DNA of 64,000 nucleotides, taken from contig CBDATS010000004.1 of assembly GCA_965200245.1 (NCBI GenBank), forward strand, positions 320,001-384,000. The letters run 5' to 3'. Below are positions 31,059 through 41,715 of the stretch, piece after piece (position 1 is the stretch's first letter; the number at the start of each line of letters is the position of its first letter). This DNA comes from a bacterium (lineage in GTDB: Bacteria; UBA8248). The notes below the pieces were generated by a model. It ran no database searches and was not told the origin of the DNA. It saw only the letters and a list, made by a program, of their open reading frames with translations. A program made the position numbers and the translations under genes.

Positions 31059-31484
31059 GTGATTGTGCGAGGTAGTATTGGATGGATGCTGAAATTATTG
31101 CAGGAAGTTTGGGAATTCGACCCGGGTAATGTCCCCGGAACCAGCCGCACGTTAGGCATCATTTCGGCAACCTCCGGGCTAGGTGTCGCAGAGATCGTCA
31201 GCGCGACGATTTACCTGCACAGCCAAGGTTACTTTGGGGGTGTGGCTTTGTGGCTACAGACGGTCGAATTAGGGTGGACGGAGCTTAAAGCAATCGGTTT
31301 CGTCACTATATTGGTGTTGCTAATAGCCTGCGTAACTATTCTTTTTGGCACAGTTGTCTTTCTCAGTTCAGAAGGACGAAGCTACATTGGCTATGCTTGG
31401 CAAGGAGCAGTAGTGGTGATAGGCGCGATTGTCCTAGTCACGATCACTAGGAGGATCACCTTTCTGTTCGACTTGGTAGGATAG
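31059..31484 (+). CDS. hypothetical membrane protein
   Basis: Intact 141-aa ORF with 3-4 hydrophobic segments; 4 nt before the next gene. Confidence 0.55.
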   Translation: MIVRGSIGWMLKLLQEVWEFDPGNVPGTSRTLGIISATSGLGVAEIVSATIYLHSQGYFGGVALWLQTVELGWTELKAIGFVTILVLLIACVTILFGTVVFLSSEGRSYIGYAWQGAVVVIGAIVLVTITRRITFLFDLVG

Positions 31485-31488
31485 TAAC

Positions 31489-32376
31489 ATGCACGACTAC
31501 ACCCGGATCAACTGGAAGGCCTTGCTAGTGGCTTCTGCCTTGCTAATATCGGTGCAAGTTGGAGCACAGATGAGCGCGGCTCAAGCCGCTCCTGCCTTGT
31601 CCAAGGCTGAGGGCAGCGGGCTTAAGTCCACAGAAAAAACAACAAAGTACGCGTTTTATCCTGTGGGCTTGGCGGCAGATGGCTGGCCTGTATTCTTGCA
31701 CGGCGGTAAGAAGCTCAAGATCGGCGCGCCTGCACCCGCGGTTCCCTTGATTGGAGCGGAGAAAAGAAAATGGGCCAAGGACATCGCGACTTTCAAGTTT
31801 GACGGTGTGAAAGACAGACAGGTCTTGTACGTCTACGACTTGTCTAATAAGAAGACCGCGAAGGTTGTGCTCAACACACTCAATCCTACGGTATTGGCCG
31901 ACAAGGCCGGAAAGCTACGGACTGCGATCGGCGCCGTGTACGACACCGCGAGCATCGCGGCGACAGGGCAGGTAGATGTTTATCGCAGGGCTGCCTTACC
32001 TGTAAAGTGGAATCAAGCGATTTATGATTACGTCAAGAGTAAGCACGATCCGAAGGCTGTCGCAATGGCGGTCGGAGCGATCACGGCAAAGTTGCCGAAG
32101 TATGCTTATTATAATTTCGAGGCAGTAGGCGTTTGGTCGGCCTTGGCTAAGCAGTACAAAGCAAGTCTGGCCAAGGAGGTTAGGGAACTAAAATCCAAGA
32201 GCACTGCCTCTGTGAACACCGGCACCTATGAAGTAGCAACGAAAGGACCCCTAACTTGGGTATATCTTAAACCGATTGGTTCGTTCATCGCGGTGAACCG
32301 CGATCTCGATATCACAGGCATCAAGGCGGAGCGTGTCCTGACTAGCAAGAAGGCGTGGCAGTTGATCGAAAAATAG
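31489..32376 (+). CDS. hypothetical secreted Lys/Ala-rich protein
   Basis: Intact 295-aa ORF, signal peptide ending AQA; no recognised domain. Confidence 0.72.
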   Translation: MHDYTRINWKALLVASALLISVQVGAQMSAAQAAPALSKAEGSGLKSTEKTTKYAFYPVGLAADGWPVFLHGGKKLKIGAPAPAVPLIGAEKRKWAKDIATFKFDGVKDRQVLYVYDLSNKKTAKVVLNTLNPTVLADKAGKLRTAIGAVYDTASIAATGQVDVYRRAALPVKWNQAIYDYVKSKHDPKAVAMAVGAITAKLPKYAYYNFEAVGVWSALAKQYKASLAKEVRELKSKSTASVNTGTYEVATKGPLTWVYLKPIGSFIAVNRDLDITGIKAERVLTSKKAWQLIEK

Positions 32377-32413
32377 GGGAATTATACACAATCTTACCTA
32401 TAGGGGTCTCATC

Positions 32414-32554
32414 CCCTATTCCTTCAAATACCTCCAAACTTTCTTTGGTGGTTCCATCAGTAATTGCCCTGGCGATGTTTTCGGGTGTATCGGGAATAGA
32501 TGGGAGCATCTTACTTTTTATCGGGCGACCTCGTGGTTTTTTGTTTTCGCTCAT
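32414..32554 (-). pseudogene. small IS-associated accessory ORF (RGRP...IPDTPENIARA), frameshifted
   Basis: KPRGRP...IPDTPENIARA continues LMEPPKKVWRYLKE* after a 1-nt shift; from recall, this pattern accompanies IS1595-like elements. Confidence 0.45.
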
Positions 32555-32769
32555 GTTTGTTGAATGGAAAGCATTATCTAGATTCTGCTTCTACTTCCTA
32601 GCTGATATAGTTGGCACACATGGATACCGCCTCATTTCCTTCATGAAGCAACTTTACTTCATTTACAATTGCTTGAACTAAATCATCATCTTCAGTCGAT
32701 AAAATTCTCAATCTTTGCCTAGGAGGTGTGTTAATCCCGGAAATTTCTGCTACGCGAACTCCCAACGAA

Positions 32770-32998
32770 ATGGTCAAGGCCTCTGTGTCGGACACATCGA
32801 TCAGCCGTAAGGTATTCGCGCTCCTCAAGGCAGGCAAACTACGTAAACTGACCTCACGGGTCTGGGAGTGATGTCAGAGTCCCCCGGTACAACCGAGTCC
32901 CGAGCCGGATAGCTTCTCTGTTCAATCAGCCCAACCCGGCCCCCTCCTACCGAAGCCCAGCCCCTCGTCCGTTGATACAGGAGCCTCCAGTCGTATAG
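32770..32998 (+). ncRNA. putative orphan IS110/IS1111 3' non-coding end (bridge/seek RNA-like)
   Basis: GACCTCACGGGTC...CAGAG...CAACCGAG...GCCGGATAG followed by TTGATACAGGAGCCTCCA (sub-terminal IR-like); recalled motif similarity; no transposase nearby. Confidence 0.45.
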
Positions 32999-33227
32999 AT
33001 CATCTGAGTCAAGGGCCACACACTCGTCAGGGACCCGTCGTTTCTTTCGATCGATTTTCGTATCATCCTTGTTTTCCCATCTTGGCTTTTCCGATTCGTG
33101 CAAATTCATGAATTTGCCAGCGGGAAGCCAGTCTGCTATTTTCCCCCAAGGGATGGCGTCCGCCGCCCGAGCCACGAGTACCGATCACACCGCCCATATC
33201 GTAGTAATGGAAAGGGGGGTAGGTACG

Positions 33228-34590
33228 ATGGACTGGCTGAATTCCATGATCAATTCCGTGAACGCCTTTGCCTGGGGACCGCCGATGCTCGGCATGCTGG
33301 GCGTGACGGGCGTACTGCTCACGCTGGGGATGGTCTTCATGCCCTGGCGGAAGGTGGGCTATGGCTTCCGGTTGCTGTACGATACGGAGGGGCAAGTCGG
33401 CGAGGGTGAGGTCAAGCCCTTCAACGCACTTGATGACAGCGCTTTCCGCGACCGTCGGCACCGGTAATATTGCCGGCGTCGCCACCGCCATTGCCTTGGG
33501 CGGACCGGGGGCCATCTTCTACATGTGGCTCATCGCGCTCTTCGGCATGGCGACCAAATACGCCGAAGCCGTCTGTGCGGTCACCTACCGCGAGGTGGAC
33601 TCAGCGGGCAAATACGTAGGCGGACCCATGTACTATCTGAGGAACGGGGTGGGCGAATTCGCGCCCGAACTCGCTAAGTGGCTAGGGCTCGCCTTCGCCG
33701 TATTCGGCGCGGTGGCCGCCTTCGGTATCGGGAACGCTGTACAGGTGAACTCGATGGCGACGGCGCTGGCCGACAGTTTCCTGATTCCTACCTGGATTAC
33801 GGGCATCATCGTGGCTGCGCTGGTGGGCTTCGTCATTCTGGGCGGCATCCAGCGAATCGGCGAGGTGGCGGGCAAGCTCGTACCGGCGATGATCGTCCTC
33901 TATGTGGGCATGGCGCTCATCATCATTCTCATCAACATCGCTTCGGTGCCCGAGGCCATTGGCCTCATCTTCTATCACGCCTTCACGCCTGCGGCAGCAG
34001 CGGGTGGTTTCGCAGGTGCGGCGGTGGCAGCAGCGGTTCGCTTCGGCGTCGCGCGCGGTGTGTTCTCCAACGAATCTGGCCTGGGCTCCGCTGCGATCGC
34101 GCACGCGGCGGCGCAGACGAACAGCCCGGTACGCCAGGGCGCCATCGCCATGCTGGGTACCTTCATCGACACCATCGTGGTCTGCACGATGACGGCGCTG
34201 GTCATCCTGACTTCCGGTGCATGGACGTTGAAGGGCGGCGACGGCGCGGGCCTGACGGGCGTCGTGCTTACCTCGGCGGGTTTCCAGAGCACGATCGCAG
34301 GTGGACGCTACATGGTTACCATCGCACTGGCCGTCTTCGCTTTCACGATCATTCTGGGCTGGTCGTACTACGGTGAGCGGTGCTGGCAGTATCTCTTCAG
34401 CGAGAACAGCCTCATGGTCTACCGGGGGCTTTGGGTGCTTGCAGCGCTCGGCTTCGCCAACGTGAAGGTGGCCTTCGTCTGGAACCTCTCCGACACATTG
34501 AACGGATTGATGGCGGTACCCAACCTCATCGGCCTGCTTCTGCTCGCGCCGATGGTCTTCAAGGTGACGCGCGAGTATTTCGACAGCTAG
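33228..34590 (+). pseudogene. sodium:alanine/glycine symporter (AGCS), +1 frameshift at ~33430
   Basis: MDWLNS...KPFNAL then MTALSATVGTGNIAGVA...GGPGA..FSNESGLGS; extra T in GCACTTGATG. Confidence 0.88.
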
Positions 34591-34606
34591 TTCGCCTCAC
34601 CTGAGA

Positions 34607-34647
34607 GGGCCGCTCTTGCGCGTTTGATACCGCCCGCAAGAGCGGCC
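34607..34647 (+). terminator. strong hairpin after the AGCS gene
   Basis: GGCCGCTCTTGCG ... CGCAAGAGCGGCC; weak U tract. Confidence 0.5.
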
Positions 34648-35396
34648 TTGGGGCTGCGAGCAAGGAACAGAAAGCAGACTGCCACTGAATCCGGGTTTCT
34701 TAACTCCCGGATGTATCTCCTCTGCGGATCAGGGTAAAGCATCTTTCAAGAAAACCTGACCCACGCATGCCTTGGCAGAATAGACACGACAAGATTCCCT
34801 TCGTAAAGACTGCGATCCGAAATTGGGGCTTTGTGTAGAAAATACTCTCGTCAAAGCCTTGAAATACTGCTTGAAACTGAACGTGTCTTGCCCCTGAACG
34901 ACCTGATTTAACTGAAAAAGTTTCGACAAGGCCTAGAATAAATCGCTCACAACAAAGATGGCGAAGCCCGTGGATAAGTGTTTGAGGGAATTTTCGCGAT
35001 GAAGTAGAAACAACTGGATGATGGAACTCCTTTCATCGTCTCACTAGATAAATCATTGGAATATGCGAAAAAATGGCTGATCGCGAAGGTAAATCGTGCA
35101 GCCCTTTGTTGGCCCGTTGTACCTCCTTGTCCCATTCCTGTTGATCCTTCGTTCGCTACTTAAGTTGCTCGGTAATGTAATGTTTCCGCTCGCGAAACTG
35201 TTCTTCGCGGCACCTGTTCCGGCCTGATGCCTGTCGGGTGCGTTTCTATCATTCGAGGATTCCGCGAGGACATATGCCGTCCGCTCCTGGACGCGTGTTT
35301 GCCGTAGACACACAGGAACAAGGAGAGAAGTCTCTCACCCTACCAACGTTGCTCCACGCCGTCGTGCGCGAGAGAGCGACAGCAAACACCCACACA

Positions 35397-35428
35397 CAAA
35401 AAACCGGGGGGCTTCGGCCCCCCGGTCG
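35397..35428 (-). terminator. intrinsic terminator of the porin gene
   Basis: ACCGGGGGGC-CGAA-GCCCCCCGGTTTTTT on the minus strand. Confidence 0.85.
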
Positions 35429-35467
35429 TCTTCGCGTCAAATGAAGATGCGAACTTTCCTCATATTT

Positions 35468-36757
35468 CTAGAAGCCGTGACGCAGGGAGAACATCGCCGT
35501 CCAGGAGTCGTCGAAATCATCATCGCTCATGGCCTTGCCATAATCACCCGCGGATAAGTACGCGAACTGAGTCCTGAGCTGGAGTTTCGGATAAACATTC
35601 CAGTGGAAGCCGGTGTTGAACTCGGTGCCGAAGTTCGTGTCGTCAACCATGTCGGCACCCGGGGCTTCTTCCGCGGATTGGTAGATGTGAACGCCGCCGA
35701 ATATCTTGAAAGTCTTGGTTACCTTATACACGGCATCGCCACCGAGCACGACCGCACCGTTCAGATTTTGAAACCTGGTAGCTCTTGTGGGACCGGCTCC
35801 TCCTTGTAAACGAGCCCGGAAGCTCGTGATGCCGCCTGTCGTGCTGCGGTCGGTGACCATCACGCCGGAGATGAACTGACCGCCACCGGGCATCAGGTTT
35901 GCAAACTTACCCTCTTCCCCGTCATCGGCTTCGTCGTCACCGGAGAGCAGGATAGCGGTGCCTATGAGCGTCAGTTTGCCCAAACTGGCCTTGCCACTTG
36001 CCAGAAGCGCCCAGCCGGAGGCATCCGTATCTTCATCCGCATCTCCACTCACCGAAACGCCCGAAAGGTTCAAGCCGACGATACCCACTTTTCCCTTCGC
36101 GTGCAGGGCAGCATAGGTGAGGGACTTGCCTTGGCCGTCGCGCGCCAGAGCCAACCAAGGGGTCAGCGTAACGGCCGGGGAAACCTTGATGCCGACAGAA
36201 CCATAATACCTGTCATCGTTCGCATCTTCTGCACCCATTCTGAGTCCTGAACCGCTTGTACCCCTTCTGGCCATGAACATGCTGAGCGAAATGTTCTTGC
36301 TGAGCTTTCCGTAAACCGCCATACCCGGCCAACGACTGGCGCCTGCGCTGTCGAAAATCTGCTTGTCCGGGGAGGTGAAATCCGTCCGGCCCCAGCGGGC
36401 GCGGAACTTGCTGCCCGGAACCGCAAAGTCGACTACCCAGCGGTTGGTACCCACCCCGACACGACCCCTATCACGACCAAATACGGTGTTCGCGTTCGAG
36501 TTACCGCTTTCCTCAAACCAGTCGATTTCCCACAAGGCCCATATTTTGCCCTTGTCCGTCTTGGCTGTGAAGCGGGGCCTGGTCAACGCATCGAAACCAC
36601 TGATCGAGTCGTCGTTATCCTCGTCCCTGTCGCCGTTGTTGCCGGCGATTCCGCGAATACGGAAGAAGCCGCTATACTTGAAGTCGGCCGCGTACGAGGG
36701 CGCGGTGAATGCCACGACGAGCACCATCGCGAACAGAGCTAATAGAATTTTCCTCAT
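35468..36757 (-). CDS. outer-membrane beta-barrel/porin
   Basis: Signal peptide (SYA/ADFKYSG.FR.R), amphipathic strands, C-terminal Phe. Confidence 0.8.
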   Translation of the reverse strand: MRKILLALFAMVLVVAFTAPSYAADFKYSGFFRIRGIAGNNGDRDEDNDDSISGFDALTRPRFTAKTDKGKIWALWEIDWFEESGNSNANTVFGRDRGRVGVGTNRWVVDFAVPGSKFRARWGRTDFTSPDKQIFDSAGASRWPGMAVYGKLSKNISLSMFMARRGTSGSGLRMGAEDANDDRYYGSVGIKVSPAVTLTPWLALARDGQGKSLTYAALHAKGKVGIVGLNLSGVSVSGDADEDTDASGWALLASGKASLGKLTLIGTAILLSGDDEADDGEEGKFANLMPGGGQFISGVMVTDRSTTGGITSFRARLQGGAGPTRATRFQNLNGAVVLGGDAVYKVTKTFKIFGGVHIYQSAEEAPGADMVDDTNFGTEFNTGFHWNVYPKLQLRTQFAYLSAGDYGKAMSDDDFDDSWTAMFSLRHGF

Positions 36758-37348
36758 GTGCGTTTCTCCTAATCGAGGTTTCAAAAAATGTTTCCGCCTT
36801 CCTGCGTTTTTAATATCTGAGTTTCGAATATTCTAGCATCTGTGATTCATCGTCTGCATCACCCCCTCTCTCCGATACTCCCTATATCATAACAGGATTT
36901 TTTTGAACAAACCAACAGTACACAGCTTATTCAAACACTTTTCGATCTTTGAAAACAGTCGTTCCATTCCCCGTTACCCAGAGAATAGACAAAGACGGTT
37001 CTTTTTGTCAACAAACACCCGGCGCAGATCCGGGAAATTTCCCGCTCAATGATTCGAATCCTGCGTCAGGGCAAGTGCCGGAATAAAGAGCTTAATAATT
37101 GCAAAATCAAATGTTTACAAAACCCTGGTGCCAAGAGGGAACGGTACGAAAGACTCTGGCTGGTTCGTTTTCCCTGAGCATAAGATTTTTTTTGTTCGCC
37201 GGATCGAAAATTCCCTGGGAATTCGCGTTCATCCTCCTCCAGATGACTAACCAAGCCATATTCGCTCACGCAATAAGAGTGAACCTCGGAAGTTCCTGAC
37301 CCGGAAGATTAGCACTTTAGCCCGGCGATAGATGCGTATCTCAAAAAC

Positions 37349-39277
37349 CTATTCCCTTATCTTGTAGAAATAGAGTTGGCTTTTCGCGCTGGCGAACGGG
37401 CCGGAACTCGCCGTCGCCGCCACGAGATCGTCGAAACCGTCATTGTCCGCGTCGCCGAAAGCGAAATCCACGATGCCGCTGCTCAACTTCCTCGAACGCC
37501 AAGTTCCGCTCAACCCGCTCCCGTCCCATACCAGGCTGGCGACCCAGCCTCCCGAAACGCCCAGACCGGGTGCCAGGTTGGTGCCGTATTCGTTCTTGAT
37601 CACCAGCACCTCGTCCACCCCGTCCCTGTCGACGTCTTCTACCAGCACGCGCGATCGTATGGGCAGATCCGGCGTGTCCTCCTGTTCATCAGTGCGCTCT
37701 GCGCCGGCTTGGGAGAAGAATCTATAGACCGGCGCACCGTAGGTCTCGGAACTATAGTAAATCTCCGTGCCGTTCCTTGAAAACACCCTCAGCCTGTCGT
37801 CTTTTCCCACCTCGATGACTTCCAGCGCGCCGTCCTTGTTGATGTCCCACAAGCCGAAACCAAGAATCGTCAATTCGGGCGGAAGCGCATAGGGAGCGGC
37901 GGGTGCGAGGTTCCCGCCTGACCAGCGATAGCTGCGGATGGGACCCTCGAAAGCCTTCTCAAAGCCCTCACTCTGGCCCAGGATCATATATGCTTCCGCG
38001 TCGGAAATCTTCTCGCCCTTCTTGGGTCGCCTTACCCGAATCAGGCGGTAGAAGGTCCTGTCGTTTCGGACAAGGGGCGTGAATTGACCATTCCTGTACT
38101 GGAGGATCAACGAGAACAGCTCGTTCGAGCGATATGAAGCGAGGTAGAACTCGGGCGCGCCGTCCCCGTTCATGTCGGCGACGTCGAGCCAGCGGAAATC
38201 GTTCGTCGCCCCCTCGTCGAATCGCGCGACCTCGCGCATCCGGTTATTCTCGAAGCGGTAGACGAGTACCTGGGTCGACGCAATGAGAACAACCTCATTC
38301 TTCCCGTCCCCGTCCACGTCAGAAAGGGACATGCCCCGGATGGCGACCTTGTTGAACGAATAGCTTTTCACGCCACCCGCCGTTCCGGGTGCGCCTTCCC
38401 GGGCGAGCACGAAACTCTCGTTTGCGGGTCCTGCGCGTCTTCCGCCTTCACCTCTGATAAGTTCCTGTTCCCTGGGCGGGCCCTGTTCGAAGGGCAACTC
38501 ATCAGCAATCGCCACGGCCTTGAAGAGTTCCTCCTTCGTGGTGAGGGACAGGAGGCGGGTGGAAAGAATTTTCTTCCCCCGGATTTCGCGCAGTTCGTTT
38601 TCGAGGGCCATGTCGCTGCGCACCTGGTTTCGCAGGCGGATGGAGTTTTCGCCTTTCAGGATTTCATCGGTCGCCACACCCGTCTCCAGGAGCCATACCT
38701 GCAGCCTGTCCACGTCGTAGACGTCGAAGCGACCGCTCCGCAGGAGTTGGCGTCCGAGTTCCCTTGTGAGCGTTTCCATGCTGATGGATTCCTTCGTCTG
38801 GTTGACGAAAGGCAGTATCGCCAGACGAACCTTCGCGGCGGACATGCGTACGGTATCCCTCACGCGCGGGGAGAGTCGGCCTCCCGGCACGAGGCGCGTC
38901 ATACGCCCGATGGAGAATTTCTCCCGCACCTCGACGACTTCGACCTCGCCTATCTCCTCTTCGAGCTTTCCGAGAATGACGCCCGTCGCCGGGTGACGAA
39001 ACGGCGCACCTTCGCGGTAGACGCCCAGCTTGACGCCCTTGACCACCTCGTCCTTCTCACCGAGGCTCAGATAGAGGTCCGCACCCTTTACGGCGACCAC
39101 CGCACCGCGCAAATTCGGAAACCTCTGGTGCAGCTTGTCGCTGATGAGACCCAGGGCTTTTCGGTAACCGTTCTCCTGTGCATGAGCGGTGTCGCCGGGT
39201 ATCCCGAGAAGAATCATGAACACAGGCAGAACGAACAACGCCTTCTTAACGAGGTGTGAGAACATGAAAAACCTCAT
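37349..39277 (-). CDS. secreted FG-GAP/VCBS repeat protein with FlgT-C/CsgG-like N-terminal region
   Basis: Repeated DxDGDGxxE/D loops (DVDGDGKNE, DMNGDGAPE, DINKDG, DVDRDG, DADNDG); FRHPATG..LG and LAILPF.N. Confidence 0.8.
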   Translation of the reverse strand: MRFFMFSHLVKKALFVLPVFMILLGIPGDTAHAQENGYRKALGLISDKLHQRFPNLRGAVVAVKGADLYLSLGEKDEVVKGVKLGVYREGAPFRHPATGVILGKLEEEIGEVEVVEVREKFSIGRMTRLVPGGRLSPRVRDTVRMSAAKVRLAILPFVNQTKESISMETLTRELGRQLLRSGRFDVYDVDRLQVWLLETGVATDEILKGENSIRLRNQVRSDMALENELREIRGKKILSTRLLSLTTKEELFKAVAIADELPFEQGPPREQELIRGEGGRRAGPANESFVLAREGAPGTAGGVKSYSFNKVAIRGMSLSDVDGDGKNEVVLIASTQVLVYRFENNRMREVARFDEGATNDFRWLDVADMNGDGAPEFYLASYRSNELFSLILQYRNGQFTPLVRNDRTFYRLIRVRRPKKGEKISDAEAYMILGQSEGFEKAFEGPIRSYRWSGGNLAPAAPYALPPELTILGFGLWDINKDGALEVIEVGKDDRLRVFSRNGTEIYYSSETYGAPVYRFFSQAGAERTDEQEDTPDLPIRSRVLVEDVDRDGVDEVLVIKNEYGTNLAPGLGVSGGWVASLVWDGSGLSGTWRSRKLSSGIVDFAFGDADNDGFDDLVAATASSGPFASAKSQLYFYKIRE

Positions 39278-39486
39278 GAATGAGATAGACTCCCTGGATG
39301 GATTTCGGCGGCACCGCTACGCTTCGAGGCGGCTTATGACCCCGGATAATTCGTTGCCTGAAATCGAAGACCAAAGCCCCGAACACCCACAAATATGTCG
39401 TGCAAGCTTCAAAAAAGCAAGTTTCTCCCGCTCGTCAAGGAAGTCTATTGCGCCCGAAATGCCCGAAACAGGGACACTTTACGGTC

Positions 39487-41382
39487 TCAGGGTCGTTCGA
39501 GCCCCAACTCCCTTTTCAACTTTCGGTGAAGCGGCGAGCCGAACATTCCCGCCTTTCTGGCGTGTTTCCGCGCGCCTTTTCGATTTCCCTCGAGATACAG
39601 AGCAAGTGCCAGATTGTGGTGGACGCCCCCATGATCAGGCTCGATTGTCAGCGCAGCCTCAAACTGTGCGATTGCCAGTCGCCTCAAGCCCGTCTTGAGG
39701 TACAGGGTTCCCAGGTTGAAGCGAGCCTCCGCAAGCGTAGGTTTGAGACCTATCGCGCGTTCGAAGCGGGGTCTCGCCAAATCACCGCGCCCCTCGACCA
39801 TATAGAGTGCTCCCAGTGCCAGATGTGCTTCGGCGTTCTCGTCGTTCAGCTGCAGGGCACGCTTCAGGGAGATTTCGGCGGCGGCCGCATCGCCGCCTTG
39901 CATCTGCGCGATTCCCAAGTCTACCCAAGCATAATCGTAAACAGGATAGATCGCGACGGATTTCCTGAGCGGCGCAATCGCTTCTTTGAACCTGTTCCGG
40001 TCAATAAGGGCCTGCCCGTACACCCGGAGCGCACGCGCGCTGTTCGGAGAGACCTCCGCCGTTCTCCGCCAGAAACGCAGCGTGTCGCCCCACTCGTGGT
40101 TTCGCTTAAGCGTCAGCACCCCGAAGATCAGGCACGCGACCACGAACAGCGCAGCGCCAATCCGCCAGTCCTTTCCATCGAGCCAGGCTTGCGCCGTAGG
40201 AACCAGGGCGATCAGAAAACCCGCCGAGGGGATATACAACACCCGCTCGGCCATGATGGTACCCATCGGGATCAGCAGATTGCTCACGGACAGATACGCA
40301 CCGACGAAAACAACCAGCCCGAAGGCGACCCACGGCATCGTCTCTCTCGTGCGCCATGCGGCGTAGCACCATGCCAAGAACGCGACCCCCCCTGTCACCG
40401 TCCAGAGCGTGGCCTCGGCTCCCTCCACCGGAATCTGTGCGAAGGAATAGTCGATACTCAAGGGCCATGGCCAGACCAGGAGCTTGAAATAACGTCCCAG
40501 GACGCCAATCGCGCCGAAGATACGTTCTCCGGCCGGCATAAGCGCCAGGACGTTGTCGAGTTTCGATGGAGGATAGGGACGCGCCAGCATCCCCAATGCG
40601 GCGTATCGCATCCACACGTAGACGATGAGCACGAGGGCGAGTGCACAGACAGCGATGAGCGTATGCCCGAAGGGCGGGTGCTCGGTTTCTCCCAATGCGT
40701 AACGGCTCCACAGCCACCACAAAAGGGCGCTGAACAGCAGGGCAACGCCGATTTCCTTGGAAAGCAGGGCAAAAAGGCAAAGCGCACAGGCAAGACCGAC
40801 GGGCGCGAATACGCTTCCATAGGAAAGGTGTCCTTCACTTTCTCTCCTGGAGCTTTTCTGCGTTTCGACCGGTTTCGCTCCCGGCAGCGCGACTCCCATC
40901 AACAGTCCCAGCCCGGAGAACACGCCTACGGCAGCCATGAGATCTGCGCGCGCGACCACGGCGTTCACCGCCTCGGTATGAACCGGATGCAGGGCGAACA
41001 ACAGGGAAACGGCCCCCGCCGAAAAAAGCGAAAGACCGAAGCGAAGGCATAGCCAGAGCAGCGCGAGGCAGGCCAGGGCGTGAATCAGGGCGTTTGCGAT
41101 TCTGTACCCCAGTGGATTGAGGCCGCTAATGGCGTGGTTCAGCGCGAATGAGGCGATGGTATGTGGGCGGTACAGGCGGTCCCTGCGATCGTTTGTCTCG
41201 AGCACACCCCAGTAGTCGTGCTGAAAAGTCTCCAGAAAGCGACCGCTTTCTCGGACAAGGGGATTTTCACCGATGATTGCGATGTCGTCGTGAAGGAACG
41301 GATTTGAAAACGTACCCGAGAAGATAAAAAACGCCGCTCCGGCAACGATGCAGATCCAAACCCATTTTACGAGCGGGCGCAT
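39487..41382 (-). CDS. TMTC-like membrane glycosyltransferase with TPR repeats
   Basis: F.HDD, YRP, LFALHPVHTEAV, LSKE, PLSIDY and ERVLY.PS; C-terminal TPRs. Confidence 0.85.
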   Translation of the reverse strand: MRPLVKWVWICIVAGAAFFIFSGTFSNPFLHDDIAIIGENPLVRESGRFLETFQHDYWGVLETNDRRDRLYRPHTIASFALNHAISGLNPLGYRIANALIHALACLALLWLCLRFGLSLFSAGAVSLLFALHPVHTEAVNAVVARADLMAAVGVFSGLGLLMGVALPGAKPVETQKSSRRESEGHLSYGSVFAPVGLACALCLFALLSKEIGVALLFSALLWWLWSRYALGETEHPPFGHTLIAVCALALVLIVYVWMRYAALGMLARPYPPSKLDNVLALMPAGERIFGAIGVLGRYFKLLVWPWPLSIDYSFAQIPVEGAEATLWTVTGGVAFLAWCYAAWRTRETMPWVAFGLVVFVGAYLSVSNLLIPMGTIMAERVLYIPSAGFLIALVPTAQAWLDGKDWRIGAALFVVACLIFGVLTLKRNHEWGDTLRFWRRTAEVSPNSARALRVYGQALIDRNRFKEAIAPLRKSVAIYPVYDYAWVDLGIAQMQGGDAAAAEISLKRALQLNDENAEAHLALGALYMVEGRGDLARPRFERAIGLKPTLAEARFNLGTLYLKTGLRRLAIAQFEAALTIEPDHGGVHHNLALALYLEGNRKGARKHARKAGMFGSPLHRKLKRELGLERP

Positions 41383-41639
41383 TTTTCCTCTCACATCAGT
41401 TGTCGGGCTTTCCACCAAGGTGATGGCTAACGCCCCGGCAAAAACGGTCTGCGCAACATATAGGGACTTTGGTGGCTCGTCCTGACTCGAATGATTTCCC
41501 GGACCTTCTGGATCATAATGCACCCATCATGACAACAAAACCTTCACCCCGCCAGCAGACAGGTCGATGAAATCACCTTGTTCACTGTGTTTTCCTTTTG
41601 ACTCCCGATGAAACGACTGCTAGTCTTTGGGATTACGAG

Positions 41640-41715
41640 TTCTCTGGGGGTGCCTTGCAGGCTGAGAACAAACCCTTCGAACCTGAACCGGTTAGCGCCG
41701 GCGTAGGGAAGCGAC
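41640..41715 (+). promoter_or_regulatory. TPP riboswitch
   Basis: GGGGTGCC...GGCTGAGA...ACCCTTCGAACCTGA.CCGGTTAG.GCCGGCGTAGGGAA upstream of thiC. Confidence 0.95.

Noticed and set aside
32990-33050. Hammerhead ribozyme (CTGACGAG on the minus strand) or 6S RNA
   Set aside because: No GAAA after the putative stem II, and no long 5'/3' terminal pairing.
33050-33227. Glycine riboswitch upstream of the AGCS gene
   Set aside because: GGAGA...CCGAAG...CTCTCAGG motifs were not found.
39400-41052. 550-aa + strand ORF
   Set aside because: Antisense to the TMTC-like gene.
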